DNA from: Eledone cirrhosa
Lineage: Eukaryota
Length of the DNA stretch: 64,000 nucleotides
NCBI GenBank assembly: GCA_964016885.1
Contig: OZ024741.1
Location: 252,650,001-252,714,000 of the forward strand
Reading direction: 5' to 3'
Shown here piece by piece: positions 12,375-25,994 of this stretch. Under the pieces are notes generated by a model. That model was not told the DNA's origin. It did not search any database and saw only the letters and a list, made by a program, of their open reading frames with translations. The position numbers and the translations under genes were made by a program. Positions within the stretch are counted from its first letter, which is position 1; every line of letters begins with the position of its first letter.

Positions 12375-12891
12375 TGACGATAAGCCGTCTGTACTTTCGT
12401 GAATTAAATAGGATCTTCTGAAACTAAAAAAATCCGTCTGTGAACGCAGAAGTAAATATTTCGAAAAACGTTATCTAATGCAGACAGCCAGTGATACAGA
12501 GACATATTATAAGGGTGCTACGTTATAGTTATGTATCTATCTAAAAAGACAGACTAAGAAAAAGAGGGGAATTTTGTGCGACGTCATAAGAAAAAGTGAG
12601 GAATGACGTATAACCGGAAGTGTTGACATTTGAAATTTTAAAGAAGTGAATATTTAAATAATGTCTTTTAACAATATGTGAGTACAATATTTAAATAATG
12701 TCTTTTAACAAAATTCAGTAGACAAAAATACCCTCACTTTTTTACTTGGAAAAAGTTACTGGTGCAAATTTGGTGCCCCCACGCTAACTTGAGAGGGCGT
12801 GGTGTATCTTTGCACTGGAGTGTAGGGGGGATTCCTGAAAAGATAAAATGCCGGTATACCTAGCCGGGCGCCAGCCGGACAGCCCAGCTAG
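12375..12891. mobile_element. Helitron non-coding segment plus a Helitron-type 3' terminus (hairpin + CTAG) on the plus strand
   Basis: 12478-12640 is homologous to 59210-59303 and 60577-60702; ends tagccgggcgccagccggacagcccagCTAG|t. Confidence 0.65.
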
Positions 12892-13315
12892 TCATTAATA
12901 ATTGTTAAATATATTTTTTATAGATAAAATAAAAAGCTAAGTGCACTTTCATTTCAGGTTTATGAACAACTGAAAAATACAAATTCATTATCAAACAGTA
13001 TAAAGTGTTATAACTTTATAACAAACGTGCTACAATTCTCTGACAATCAGCATCATTAGATATTGGCTGTTCACAAGATCATCACCGATTTACATCTATT
13101 TTCCATGCTTACATGGGTTAGATGACTTTTCATGTTCTGAGGCTAGACAGTTCAGATAATTGTGGTATGGTTTCTACAGCTGGATGCCTTTCATAATGCC
13201 AACCTTTTCATAGCATACTCCAAGTGGAGGTACATTTTATTGTGGCACCATCACTACCACTTCACAGAGTGGACTGAGTGCTCTCTTTATCTCTCTCTCT
13301 CCAGCGCTCTCTCTC

Positions 13316-13367
<52 letters not shown>

Positions 13368-13739
13368 GTTGTGGACTTCTTTTAACTCATTATTTGAATT
13401 CTTTCTGTATATATTGTTGTTGCAATCTCTATATTCGATATATATTTAAGCTGATAACTTATGAAAATAAACTCTGATGATGCCGTTTTTGAGCCTATTC
13501 CCAATGGTCGCAATATAAAAACATAAAGAAATTTGGATAATTTTTTTTTAATCTTCTTAAAAAAATATAAAATTTCTGATTTTGTAACTTCACATCCTCT
13601 GGATGAAGTTCTATCGGTTGAAACATGTGTTAGTTTTATAGCATATTGACTCTTTGGTGCTTCTTCTTAATCTTTATATATATAAGAGAGAGAGAGAGGG
13701 GTCAGAAGTACCATTTTATATAGAGTGGTGCATCTTTAT

Positions 13740-15505
13740 ATGAAGAAGCACAGATTTTTTATGGTAGGGTACAGACTTTTTATGGTAAGGTAGAGATTTA
13801 TATGGAAAGATAAAGTTTTATATTATGAAGTACAGTTTTATTATAAAATCAGACAGTTTTATATGAAATAGTACAGTTTAATATGGAATGAAACAATTTT
13901 ATATGTAATAGTACAGTTTTATATGGAATGATACAGTTTTATGTGAAATGGTACAGTTTTATATGGAATGATACAGTTTTATGTGAAATGGTACAGTTTT
14001 ATGTGTAATAGTACAGTTTTATGTGAAATGGTACAGTTTTATATGGAGAGATACAGTTTTATGTGTAATGGTACAGTTTTATATGGAATGAAACAGTTTT
14101 ATATGTAATGATACAGTGTTATATGGAGAGATACAGTTTTATGTGTAATAGTACAGTTTTATATGTAATGATACAGTTTTATGTGAAATGGTACAGTTTT
14201 ATATGTAATGATACACTTTTATATGTAATGATACAGTTTTATATGTAATGATACAGTTTTATGTGAAATGGTACAGTTTTATATGTAATGATACAGTTTT
14301 ATGTGAAATGTGACAGTTTTATGTGTAATAGTACAGTTTTATATGTAATGATACAGTTTTATATGTAATGATACAAGTTTTATATGTAATGATACAGTGT
14401 TATATGGAGAGATACAGTTTTATGTGTAATAGTACAGTTTTATATGTAATGATACAGTTTTATGTGAAATGTGACAGTTTTATGTGTAATAGTACAGTTT
14501 TATATGTAATGATACAGTTTTATGTGAAATGGTACAGTTTTATATGTAATGATACAGTTTTATATGTAATGATACAGGTTTATATGGAATGATACAGGTT
14601 TATATGGAATGATACAGTTTTATATGGAATGATACAGTTTTATATGTAATGATACAGGTTTATATGGAATGATACAGTGTTATATGTAATGATACAGGTT
14701 TATATGGAATGATACAGTTTTATGTGAAATGTTAGAGTTTTATATGGAATGATACAGTTTTATATGTAATGATACAGGTTTATATGGAATGATACAGTGT
14801 TATATGTAATGATACAGGTTTATATGGAATGATACAGTTTTATATGTAATGATACAGGTTTATATGGAATGATACAGGTTTATATGGAATGATACAGTTT
14901 TATATGTAATGATACAGGTTTATATGGAATGATACAGTTTTATATGTAATGATACAGGTTTATATGTAATGATACAGGTTTATATGGAATGATACAGGTT
15001 TATATGGAATGATACAGTTTTATGTGAAATGTTACAGGTTTATATGGAATGATACAGTGTTATATGGAATGATACAGTTTTATGTGAAATGTTACAGTTT
15101 TATATGGAATGATACAGATTTATATGGAATGATACAGTGTTATATGGAATGATACAGGTTTATATGGAATGATACAGGTTTATATTGAATGATACAGTTT
15201 TATATGTAATAATTGTTTCTACTTTTGGCACAAGGCCAGCAAATTACCCAGTGTATTACTGGTACTTTATTTTATCGACCCCATAAGGATGAAAGGCAAA
15301 GTTAACCTCAGCGGGATTTGAACTCAGATCATAAAGGGACGTAACTCTATGCTTCAAAGCATGGTGTCCGACTCTCTACCGATACTGCCAATCCAACAGT
15401 TTTATATGTAATGATATAGGTTTATATGTAATGATACAGGTTTATAAGGAATATTACAGCTTTATATGTAATGATACAGGTTTATATGGAGAGATAGAGT
15501 TTTAT
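13740..15505. repeat. 20-bp minisatellite (tacagttttatatg(g/t)aatga)
   Basis: Clear 20-bp period; interrupted by a SINE at 15209-15393. Confidence 0.95.
15209..15393 (-). mobile_element. SINE family 2 inserted in the minisatellite
   Basis: Reverse complement of the 5179-type sequence. Confidence 0.85.
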
Positions 15506-15651
15506 AATAATAATAATAATTATTATGATTGTGCTCAGGTGCACTACAACTCATCAAAGGTGCATGTATAGTACATAGAATAATATACAAATGTCAGGAA
15601 AGTGAACAGTTAGGTACAGTTTTTCATATGGAATGGTGCAGTTCTATATAG

Positions 15652-15966
15652 CAGAGGTCCCCAACCACAGGGCTGTGGACCAGTACCGATCCGTGGATCA
15701 TTTGCTAATAATAATTAAAAAATAATGAACTTGTTTAAAATTATATAATAGATAAATTGAATATTGGACTTTAATTTAAAAAAAGATTTGTTTAAATATT
15801 CAATATTCATATACTCATACACTTTTTCTTCCCTTTAATAAATTTCTCTTTTTATTATTGCTCTCTTTATGAAAATGAACTTAAATAACACATGTGCAAC
15901 TATTGGTCCACGGAAAGATTGTCTGATGAGGCCGGTCCATGGTATAAAGAAGGCTGGAGACCACTG
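15652..15966. mobile_element. hAT (Charlie-like) non-autonomous DNA transposon
   Basis: TIRs CAGAGGTCCCCAACC / GGCTGGAGACCACTG, subterminal ccggtcc motifs, degenerate 8-bp TSD (ctatatag / ctgtatga). Confidence 0.7.
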
Positions 15967-15984
15967 CTGTATGAAATAGTATAC

Positions 15985-18655
15985 ATTTATATGGAATGGT
16001 ATAGTTATATATGGAGAGGTAGAGTTTTATATGGAGAGGTAGAGTTATATATAGAGAGGTAGAGTTTTATATAGAGAGGTAGAATTATATAGAGAGAGGT
16101 AGAGTTATATATAGAGAGGTAGAGTTTTATATAGAGAGGTAGAGTTTTATATAGAGAGGTAGAGTTTTATATAGAGAGGTCGTGTTTTATATGGAGAGGT
16201 AGAGTTATATATAGAGACGTAGAGTTATATATAGAGAGGTAGAGTTATATATAGAGAGGTAGAGTTATATATAGAGAGGTAGAGTTTTATATGGAGAGGT
16301 AGAGTTTTATATAGAGAGGTAGTATTTTATATGGAGAGGTAGAGTTTTATATAGAGAGGTAGAGTTATATATAGAGAGGTAGAGTTATATATAGAGAGGT
16401 AGAGTTTTATATAGAGAGGTAGTGTTTTATATGGAGAGGTAGAGTTATATATAGAGACGTAGAGTTATATATAGAGCGGTAGAGTTATATATAGAGAGGT
16501 AGAGTTATATATAGAGAGGTAGAGTTATATATAGAGACGTAGAGTTATATATAGAGAGGTAGAGTTTTATATGGAGAGGTAGAGTTTTATATAGAGAGGT
16601 AGTGTTTTATATGGAGAGGTAGGGTTTTATATAGAGAGGTAGAGTTTTATATGGAGAGGTAGAGTTTTATATAGAGAGGTAGAGTTTTATATAGAGAGGT
16701 AGTGTTTTATATAGAGAGGTAGTGTTTTATATGGAGAGGTAGAGTTATATATAGAGACGTAGAGTTATATATAGAGAGGTAGAGTTATATATAGAGAGGT
16801 AGAGTTATATATAGAGAGGTAGAGTTTTATATGGAGAGGTAGAGTTTTATATAGAGAGGTAGTATTTTATATGGAGAGGTAGAGTTTTATATAGAGAGGT
16901 AGAGTTATATATAGAGAGGTAGAGTTATATATAGAGAGGTAGAGTTTTATATAGAGAGGTAGTGTTTTATATGGAGAGGTAGAGTTATATATAGAGACGT
17001 AGAGTTATATATAGAGCGGTAGAGTTATATATAGAGAGGTAGAGTTATATATAGAGAGGTAGAGTTATATATAGAGAGGTAGAGTTATATATAGAGAGGT
17101 AGAGTTATATATAGAGAGGTAGAGTTTTATATGGAGAGGTAGAGTTTTATATAGAGAGGTAGTGTTTTATATGGAGAGGTAGAGTTTTATATAGAGAGGT
17201 AGAGTTATATATAGAGAGGTAGAGTTATATATAGAGAGGTAGAGTTATATATAGAGAGGTAGAGTTTTATATAGAGAGGTAGAGTTTTATATAGAGAGGT
17301 AGAGTTATATATAGAGAGGTAGAGTTATATATAGAGAGGTAGAGTTTTATATGGAGAGGTAGAGTTTTATATACAGAGGTAGTGTTTTATATGGAGAAGT
17401 AGAGTTTTATATAGAGAGGTAGAGTTATATATAGAGAGGTAGAGTTATATATAGAGAGGTAGAGTTTTATATAGAGATGTAGAGTTATATATAGAGAGGT
17501 AGAGTTTTATATGGAGAGGTAGAGTTATATATAGAGAGGTAGAGTTATATATAGAGAGGTAGAGTTTTATATGGAGAGGTGGAGTTTTATATAGAGAGGT
17601 AGTGTTTTATATGGAGAGGTAGAGTTTTATATAGAGAGGTTGAGTTATATATAGAGAGGTAGAGTTATATATAGAGAGGTAGAGTTTTATATAGAGAGGT
17701 AGAGTTTTATATAGGGAGGTAGAGTTATATATAGAGAGGTAGAGTTATATATAGAGAGGTAGAGTTTTATATGGAGAGGTAGAGTTATATATAGAGAGGT
17801 AGAGTTATATATAAAGAGGTAGAGTTTTATATAGAGAGGTAGAGTTTTATATAGAGAGGTAGAGTTATATATGGAGAGGTAGAGCTTTATATAGAGAGGT
17901 AGAGATTTATATGGAGAGGTAGAGTTATATATAGAGAGGTAGAGTTTTATATAAAGAGGTAGAGTTTTATATAGAGAGGTAGAGTTATATATAGAGAGGT
18001 AGAGTTTTATATAGAGAGGTAGAGTTATATATAGAGAGGTAGAGTTATATATAGAGATGTAGAGTTATATATAGAGAGGTAGAGTTATATATAGAGAGGT
18101 AGAGTTATATATAGAGAGGTAGAGTTATATATAGAGATGTAGAGTTATATATAGAGAGGTAGAGTTATATATAGAGAGGTAGAGTTATATATAAAGAGGT
18201 AGAGTTATATATAGAGATGTAGAGTTATATATAGAGAGGTAGAGTTATATATAGAGAGGTAGAGTTATATATAGAGAGGTAGTGTTATATATAGAGAGGT
18301 AGAGTTATATATAGAGAGGTAGTGTTATATATAGAGAGGTAGAGTTTTATATAGAGAGGTAGAGTTATATATAGAGAGGTAGAGTTATATATAGAGAGGT
18401 AGAGTTTTATATGGAGAGGTAGAGTTATATATAGAGAGGTAGAGTTATATATAGAGAGGTAGTGTTATATATGGAGAGGTAGAGTTATATATAGAGAGGT
18501 AGAGTTTAATATGGAGAGGTAGAGTTTTATATAGAGAGGTAGAGTTATATATAGAGAGGTAGAGTTTTATATAGAGAGGTAGAGTTATATATAGAGAGGT
18601 AGAGTTATATATAGAGAGGTAGAGTTTTATATAGAGAGGTAGAGTTTTATAAACA
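15985..18655. repeat. 20-bp minisatellite (agagttatatatagagaggt) with a 540-bp higher-order duplication
   Basis: About 130 monomers; rare variants recur at 540-bp spacing. Confidence 0.95.
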
Positions 18656-18689
18656 GTGGTACAAGTTCATAAACATATATATACTGATG

Positions 18690-21600
18690 TTGTAGGTGGT
18701 GGTATTGATGGTGACAGTGGTTGTATTAGTGGTGGTGGTAGTGATTGTAGTAGTGGTGGTGGTAGTGATTGTAGTAGGGGTGGAGGTAGTGGTGGTGGTA
18801 GTGTTTGTCATAGTAGTGGTGGTAGTGGTGCTAATAATGGTGATGGTATTGATGGTAGTAAGAGTGGAGATAGTGAAGATGGAAGTGATCTTGGTAATGT
18901 GATGTTACTGATGGTGATAGTAGTTGTGGTGGTGATAGTAGTTGTGGTGGTGGTGGTGGTGGTAATGGTGGTAGTGATGATGGTAGTATTTAAGTTAGTG
19001 GTGGTGATAGTTGTAATGATAATGGTAGTGATGGTGTTAGTGAAAGTGGTGGCAGTAGTGATAGTGGTAATAGTGCTAGAAGTGGTGGTGGTGGTAGTGT
19101 TGGTAGTAGTGGTGGTGGTAGTGATAATGGTAGTGAAGGTGGTAGTGGTGGTAGTGTTGGTAGTAGCGGTGGTGATAATGGTGGTGGTAGTTTTGTTGAT
19201 GAATTAATGGTGATTAGGGTGGTAGTGATTATTATTATGATGGTGGTGGTGGTGGTATTGGTGGTGGCAGTGGTTGTGGCAGTTGTTGTTGTAGTAGTCC
19301 TTTGAAAGATGGTTACCATGTTTATAGTAATAGTATTGTTATTGTTTTATGTCCAGGGTAGTATGGGTGACAGTTGCAGTAGTGGTAATAGTGGTAGAAA
19401 TAGCAGTAGTGGTGGTAGAATTGGTGGTGATGGTAATAGCAGTGTGGTGATATAAATTGTGGTAGTAATGGTGGTAGTAGTGTTGGTGGTGGTAGGGTTG
19501 GTGGTGGTTGGGTTGGTGGTGGTGGTAGTGGTGTTGGTGGTAGTATTAGTGATGGTAGTATTGGTGGTAGTATTGGTGGTAGTATTGGTGGTAGTATTGG
19601 TGGTAGTATTGGTGGTGGTAGTATTAGTGGTGGTAGTATTAGTGGTGGTAGTATTGGTGATGGTAGTATTGGTGGTAGAATTGGTGGTAGTATTGGTGGT
19701 AGTATTGGTGGTAGTATTGGTGGTGGTAGTATTAGTGGTGGTAGTATTAGTGGTGGTAGTATTAGTGGTGGTAGTATTGGTGGTGGTAGTATTAGTGGTG
19801 GTAGTATTGGTGATGGTAGTATTAGTGGTGGTAGTATTGGTGATGGTAGTATTGGTGGTAGTATTGGTGGTAGTATTGGTGGTAGTATTGGTGGTAGTAT
19901 TGGTGGTGGTAGTATTAGTGGTGGTAGTATTAGTGGTGGTAGTATTGGTGGTGGTAGTATTGGTGATGGTAGTATTAGTGGTGGTAGTATTGGTGATGGT
20001 AGTATTGGTGGTAGTATTGGTGGTAGTATTGGTGGTAGTATTGGTGGTGGTAGTATTAGTGGTGGTAGTATTAGTGGTGGTAGTATTGGTGGTAGTATTG
20101 GTGGTGGTAGTATTAGTGGTGGTAGTATTGGTGGTAGTATTGGTGGTGGTAGTATTAGTGGTGGTAGTATTAGTGGTGGTAGTATTGGTGGTAGTATTGG
20201 TGGTAGTATTGGTGGTGGTAGTATTAGTGGTGGTATTGGTAGTGGTAGTATTAGTGGTGGTAGTATTGGTAGTGGTAGTATTAGTGATGGTAGTATTAGT
20301 GGTGGTAGTATTAGTTGGTGGTAGTATTGGTGGTGGTAGTATTAGTGGTGGTAGTATTGGTGGTGGTATTGGTGGTAGTATTGGTGGTGGTAGTATTAGT
20401 TGGTGGTAGTATTGGTGGTGGTAGTATTAGTGGTGGTAGTATTGGTGGTGGTATTGGTGGTAGTATTGGTGGTGGTAGTATTAGTGGTGGTAGTATTGGT
20501 GGTAGTATTGGTGGTAGTATTGGTGGTGGTAGTATTAGTTGGTGGTAGTATTGGTGGTGGTAGTATTAGTGGTGGTAGTATTAGTGGTGGTAGTATTGGT
20601 GGTGGTAGTATTGGTGATGGTAGTATTGGTGGTGGTAGTATTAGTGGTGGTAGTATTGGTGGTGGTAGTATTGGTGATGGTAGTATTGGTGGTGGTAGTA
20701 TTGGTGGTGGTAGTATTGGTGATGGTAGTATTGGTGGTGGTAGTATTAGTGGTGGTAGTATTGGTGGTGGTAGTATTGGTGGTGGTAGTATTAGTGGTGG
20801 TAGTATTGGTGGTGGTAGTATTGGTGATGGTAGTATTGGTGGTGGTAGTATTAGTGGTGGTAGTATTGGTGGTGGTAGTATTGGTGGTGGTAGTATTAGT
20901 GGTGGTAGTATTGGTGATGGTAGTATTGGTGGTGGTAGTATTGGTGGTGGTAGTATTAGTGGTGGTAGTATTGGTGATGGTAGTATTAGTGGTGGTAGTA
21001 TTGGTGGTGGTAGTATTAGTGGTGGTAGTATTGGTGGTGGTAGTATTAGTGGTGGTAGTATTGGTGGTGGTAGTATTAGTGGTGGTAGTATTGGTGGTGG
21101 TAGTATTAGTGGTGGTAGTATTGGTGGTGGTAGTATTGGTGGTGGTAGTATTAGTGGTGGTAGTATTGGTGGTAGTATTGGTAATGGTAGTATTGGTAGT
21201 GGTAGTGTTGGTGGTGGTAGTATTGGTGGTAGTATTGGTGGTGGTAGTATTGGTGGTAGTATTGGTGGTAGTATTGGTGGTAGTATTGGTGGTGGTAGTA
21301 TTGGTGGTAGTATTGGTGGTGGTAGTATTGGTGGTGGTAGCATTAGTGGTGGTAGTATTGGTGGTAGTATTGGTGGTAGTATTGGAGGTGATAGTATTGG
21401 TGGTGGTGGTATTAGTGGTGGTAGTATTGGTGGTAGTATTGGTGGTAGTATTGGTGGTGGTAGTATTAGTGGTGGTATTGGTAGTGGTAGTATTAGTGGT
21501 GGTAGTATTGGTGATGGCAGTATTGGTGGTAGTATTGGTGGTGGTAGTATTGGTGATGGCAGTATTGGTGGTAGTATTGGTGGTGGTGGTATTGCTGATG

Positions 21601-21860
21601 GTAGTATTGGTGGCAGTATTGGTGGCAGTATTGGTGGTGGCAGTATTGGTGGTAGTATTGGTAGTAGTAGAATCGATAGAGGTAGCATTAGTATTTGTAA
21701 TAGTGATGCTAATAAGAGTAGGGGTGGTAGCAATAGTGGTAATAGTAGTGGTGGTATTAGTAGTAGTAATAGTGGTGTTAGTGGTATTGGTAGTAGTAGT
21801 AGTAGTAGTAGCAGTAGTGGTCCTTCTAAAATTATTGGTAGTGGTGTGGTGGTGGGTGAG
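18690..21860. repeat. (GGT/AGT) low complexity plus a 12/15-bp minisatellite (ggtggtagtatt / ggtggtggtagtatt)
   Basis: Regular array at 19540-21660 embedded in degenerate trinucleotide tracts. Confidence 0.95.
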
Positions 21861-21929
21861 ATAGTAATGGGGGGGGGGTAGCAGTGATTGGAGGGAAGTG
21901 AGGGTGTGTATAATTATTGTAACAGGCCA

Positions 21930-22820
21930 GCTGTGTGTTTGTGTGAATGTATGTGTGTATGTATATGTGTGTGTATATGTGTCTATATTTGAATGTGTGT
22001 TTGTGTGTGAGTGTATGTGTGTATGTATACGTGTGTGTATATGTGTCTATATTTGTATGTGTTTGTGTGTGAGTGTATGTGTGTATGTATACGTGTGTGT
22101 ATATGTGTCTATATTTGAATGTGTGTTTGTGTGTGAGTGTATGTGTGTATGTATATGTGTGTGTATATGTGTCTATATTTGAATGTGTGTTTGTGTGTGA
22201 GTGTATGTGTGTATGTATACGTGTATGTATATGTGTCTATATTTGTATGTGTGTTTGTGTGTGAGTGTATGTGTGTATGTATACGTGTGTGTATATGTGT
22301 CTATATTTGAATGTGTGTTTGTGTGTGAGTGTATGTGTGTATGTATATGTGTGTGTATATGTGTCTATATTTGAATGTGTGTTTGTGTGTGAGTGTATGT
22401 GTGTATGTATACGTGTGTGTATATGTGTCTATATTTGTATGTGTGTTTGTGTGTGAGTGTATGTGTGTATGTATACGTGTGTGTATATGTGTCTATATTT
22501 GAATGTGTGTTTGTGTGTGAGTGTATGTGTGTATGTATATGTGTGTGTATATGTGTCTATATTTGAATGTGTGTTTGTGTGTGAGTGTATGTGTGTATGT
22601 ATACGTGTGTGTATATGTGTCTATATTTGAATGTGTGTTTGTGTGTGAGTGTATGTGTGTATGTATACGTGTGTGTATATGTGTCTATATTTGTATGTGT
22701 GTTTGTGTGAATGTATGTGTGTATGTATATGTGTGTGTATATGTGTCTATATTTGTATGTGTTTGTGTGAATGTATGTGTGTATGTATATGTGTGTGTAT
22801 ATGTGTCTATATTTGTATGT
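21930..22820. repeat. 64-bp TG-rich minisatellite
   Basis: Unit gtgtgagtgtatgtgtgtatgtatacgtgtgtgtatatgtgtctatatttgaatgtgtgtttgt repeated about 13 times. Confidence 0.9.
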
Positions 22821-23321
22821 GTGTTTGTGTGCGTTTGTATGTATATGTGTCTGCATTTGTGTGTATTTGTGTGTATATGTGTCTGCATTTGTGTGTATTT
22901 GTGTGTATGTGTGTGTATGTATTTGTGTGTATGTATGTCTGTATTTGTGTGTCTGTGTGTGTATCTGTATGTTTGTGTGTATATGCGTCTGTATTTGTGT
23001 GTATATATGTTTGTATTTGTGCGTATTTGTGTATGTGGCTATGTGTATATGTGTATTTGTGTATGTGTATATGTGTATTTGTGTATGTGGTTATGTGTAT
23101 ATGTGTATTTGTGTATGTGGTTATGTGTATATGTGTATTTGTGTATGTGGTTATGTGTATTTGTGTATGTGGCTGTGTATATGTGTATTTGTGTATGTGT
23201 GTGCATGTGTATGTGTGTTTGTGTATAAAAAAAAAATAACAGTGGGTGGGGTTGGGGGTTGGGGGTAAAAGTAAGGAAGGAAAGATGAGGTGATGATGAT
23301 GATGGTGTGTGTGTGTATGAT

Positions 23322-23372
<51 letters not shown>

Positions 23373-23496
23373 ACGTGTGCCTGCTGTGTGTAAAAAACAA
23401 AATGAAGTAGGTGCTGAGGGAAAGAGGGAACAAGGAAGATAGAGAGGAAAGTGGTTGTGGTGGTGGTGGTGGTGGTGGTGGTGGTGGTGGTGGTGG

Positions 23497-23578
<82 letters not shown>

Positions 23579-24118
23579 GCATGCTGTGTAGTGTGTAGCC
23601 AAAACATTCTTTGCCCTGAAACTACAAGCTGAGGAATAGTGTGTGTGTATGTTTGTACCTGTATGTTCTATGTGTGTGTGTGTGTGTGCTTGTATGGTTT
23701 GCGTGTGTGAGTGTGTGTTCTTATGTTGTATGTGTGTAAGTATGTTGTGAGTGTATGTGGGTGTATGTATGTATGTTGTGTGGGTGTCTGTGGTGCCTGT
23801 ATGGTTTGTGTGTGTGAGTGTGTGCTGGTATGTTGTGTGTATGTTTGTGTTGTGTGTGTGTGAGAGAGTGTGTGTATGTAGGTGCATAAGTATGTGCCTG
23901 TATGTTGGGTGTGTGCCTGTGTTGTGTGTGTGTGTGTGCGTGTGTTGTGTGTGTTGTGTGTGTGTATGTATGGTATGTGTGTTGTGTGTGTATGTATGTT
24001 ACGTGTGTGTAGGTTGTGTATGTTGTGTGTGTGTGTGTGTGTCTGTATGTTGTGTGTGTGTGTGTGCCTGTATGTTATGCGTGTGCCTGTATGTTGTGTG
24101 TGTATGTTATGTATGTTG

Positions 24119-24199
<81 letters not shown>

Positions 24200-24220
24200 G
24201 TGTGTGTATGTTATGTATGT

Positions 24221-24287
<67 letters not shown>

Positions 24288-24628
24288 GTGTGTGTGTGTA
24301 TGAAGCCTTCCTTTATATTCTGTCAATCAATAAACCTCTGGCTGCCATAACGACAAGACCCTCTCCTCCACACCCCCTCAACAGACTCACTGACACACAG
24401 ACAAACAGGCAGACTGTCAATAGAGAAACCAAAGAGAGGGGAGTAAGGATGGGTCCTAGTGTGGTTGTGATGCAGGTGGTGGTAGTGGGTAAAGGTGTTG
24501 TTCTGAAATAAGGTTTGGCTGTCTTGCCTCCTGGATTTCTATTGGAGGTGGAACAGACAGCATTGAATGTGTGTATGTTGTTATGAGGGTCAGTGGTTGT
24601 TTTATATGTGTATACATACATACATACA

Positions 24629-25120
24629 TGATGGCTGCCCCCTCGTTATCGAGTATGGCCATTGCACGATACACCATTATTAATAATTATTGGCAGTATC
24701 GGTAGAGGGTCGGACGCCATGCTTTCCAGCATAGTTACGTCCCTTTACGATCTGAGTTCAAATCCCGCCGAGGTTGACTTTGCCTTTCATCCTTACGGGG
24801 TCGATAAAATAAAAGTACCAGTAATGCACTGGGTAATTGCTGGCCTTGTGCCTAAAGTAGAAACAATTAATTAATTCTATCGTGCAATGCCTGTGCATGA
24901 AGATATTTTTTTTAATGAGGAAAGACTGTGCACTGAGCCAATCCCACTCTCTGAGCGACAGTAGCTATAACCCGAAAAGAAGAAAAGATCAACATCATCG
25001 GTAACTACTGAGACACAGGTTTTATATCGGAGTTATCCCAGTTTCCTGAGTTGCCTTCTCCTAGAAGAATGCCCTGACAAAGTCTAGGGTGCCTTCACTC
25101 CCAGTGGTTTAACCACGTGG
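24629..25120 (-). mobile_element. Probable bipartite RTE-derived non-autonomous element, interrupted by a family 2 SINE (24689-24870, + strand)
   Basis: Minus-strand 5' part ...ctaggagaaggcaactc...tataaaacc resembles RTE 5' UTR motifs; 3' end ...cgagggggcagccatc; the SINE sits between the inverted 12-mers cattgcacgata / tatcgtgcaatg. Confidence 0.45.
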
Positions 25121-25348
25121 TACATGTGTATATACATATTTAAACACTTTATTATTATACCTAAATATAATTTTTGTAAATGAAGTTCTGAAAATTTGGT
25201 TTTTCGCCCTTATATTCATAAAGCTATTTATAGTATATTATGATTGAAATAATTTATTTTGATTTATATTTATAGTGATATAATAATTCTTCCATTCAAA
25301 AATATTGCTAGTAGTGGATAACTCACATGAATTCTTTCTTGTTTGAAA

Positions 25349-25422
25349 ATGTTCCCTGATGAGTTGAGGCTTTCAAAGTACACAAAACTGAGGTTTACTC
25401 AATGAAACTGCAGTAGGGATGT
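25349..25422 (+). ncRNA. Minimal type I hammerhead ribozyme motif
   Basis: auguucc-CUGAUGA-guugag...cucaau-GAAAC-ugca-GUA-gggaugu: intact core, 7-bp stem I (with G-U pairs), 6-bp stem II, palindromic ACUGCAGU stem III. Confidence 0.8.
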
Positions 25423-25589
25423 TCTACAGAAACAGGTTTTTTCCAAATATAATTTTTATTATGCTCTGAAAAATTGATTCTTATTAATTCCTTCATTGAG
25501 CAAAATTGCCATTGGTTGAACTCCCTCGTATATATGTCTATACTTGTGTATATATGTATATATATCTTCAGTAAATTTGTTTTATATAT

Positions 25590-25940
25590 ATCATCATCAT
25601 CATCATCATCATTTCATTTTACATCCGCTTTTTCCCTGCTTGCAAGGGTGGGATGGGAACTGATGCTGGCTTGATTTCTACAGCTGGATGCCCTTCCTAA
25701 CACCAACCTCATTTACAGTGAGTGCTGGGTGCTTTTTTGCCGTGGCACCTCCACGACCACTTTACAGTGGAATGATAGGGACATCAGTCCCTATCATCTC
25801 ATTTCTACAGCTGAGTAAACTGGAGCAATGTGAAATAAAGTGCCTTGCTCAAGGAAACAACACATCACCCGGTCTGAGAATTGAACTCACAACCTTTCGA
25901 TTGCAAGGCCAATGCTCTAACCACTAAGCCATGTGCCTCC
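25590..25940 (-). mobile_element. Full-length tRNA/CORE-like/RTE-tail SINE
   Basis: Head ggaggcacatggcttagtggttagagc (A box), gagttcaattc (B box); TSD-like ttgttttatatata on both flanks. Confidence 0.9.
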
Positions 25941-25944
25941 ATAT

Positions 25945-25994
<50 letters not shown>

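Noticed and set aside
19459-21881. Long poly-Val, GGSI-rich and Pro-rich ORFs resembling structural proteins
   Set aside because: Open in several frames because 12/15-bp units lack stops; no credible start, signal peptide or splice context.
25860-25940. tRNA gene
   Set aside because: A and B boxes are present, but this is the head of a multi-copy SINE with no complete cloverleaf or terminator.
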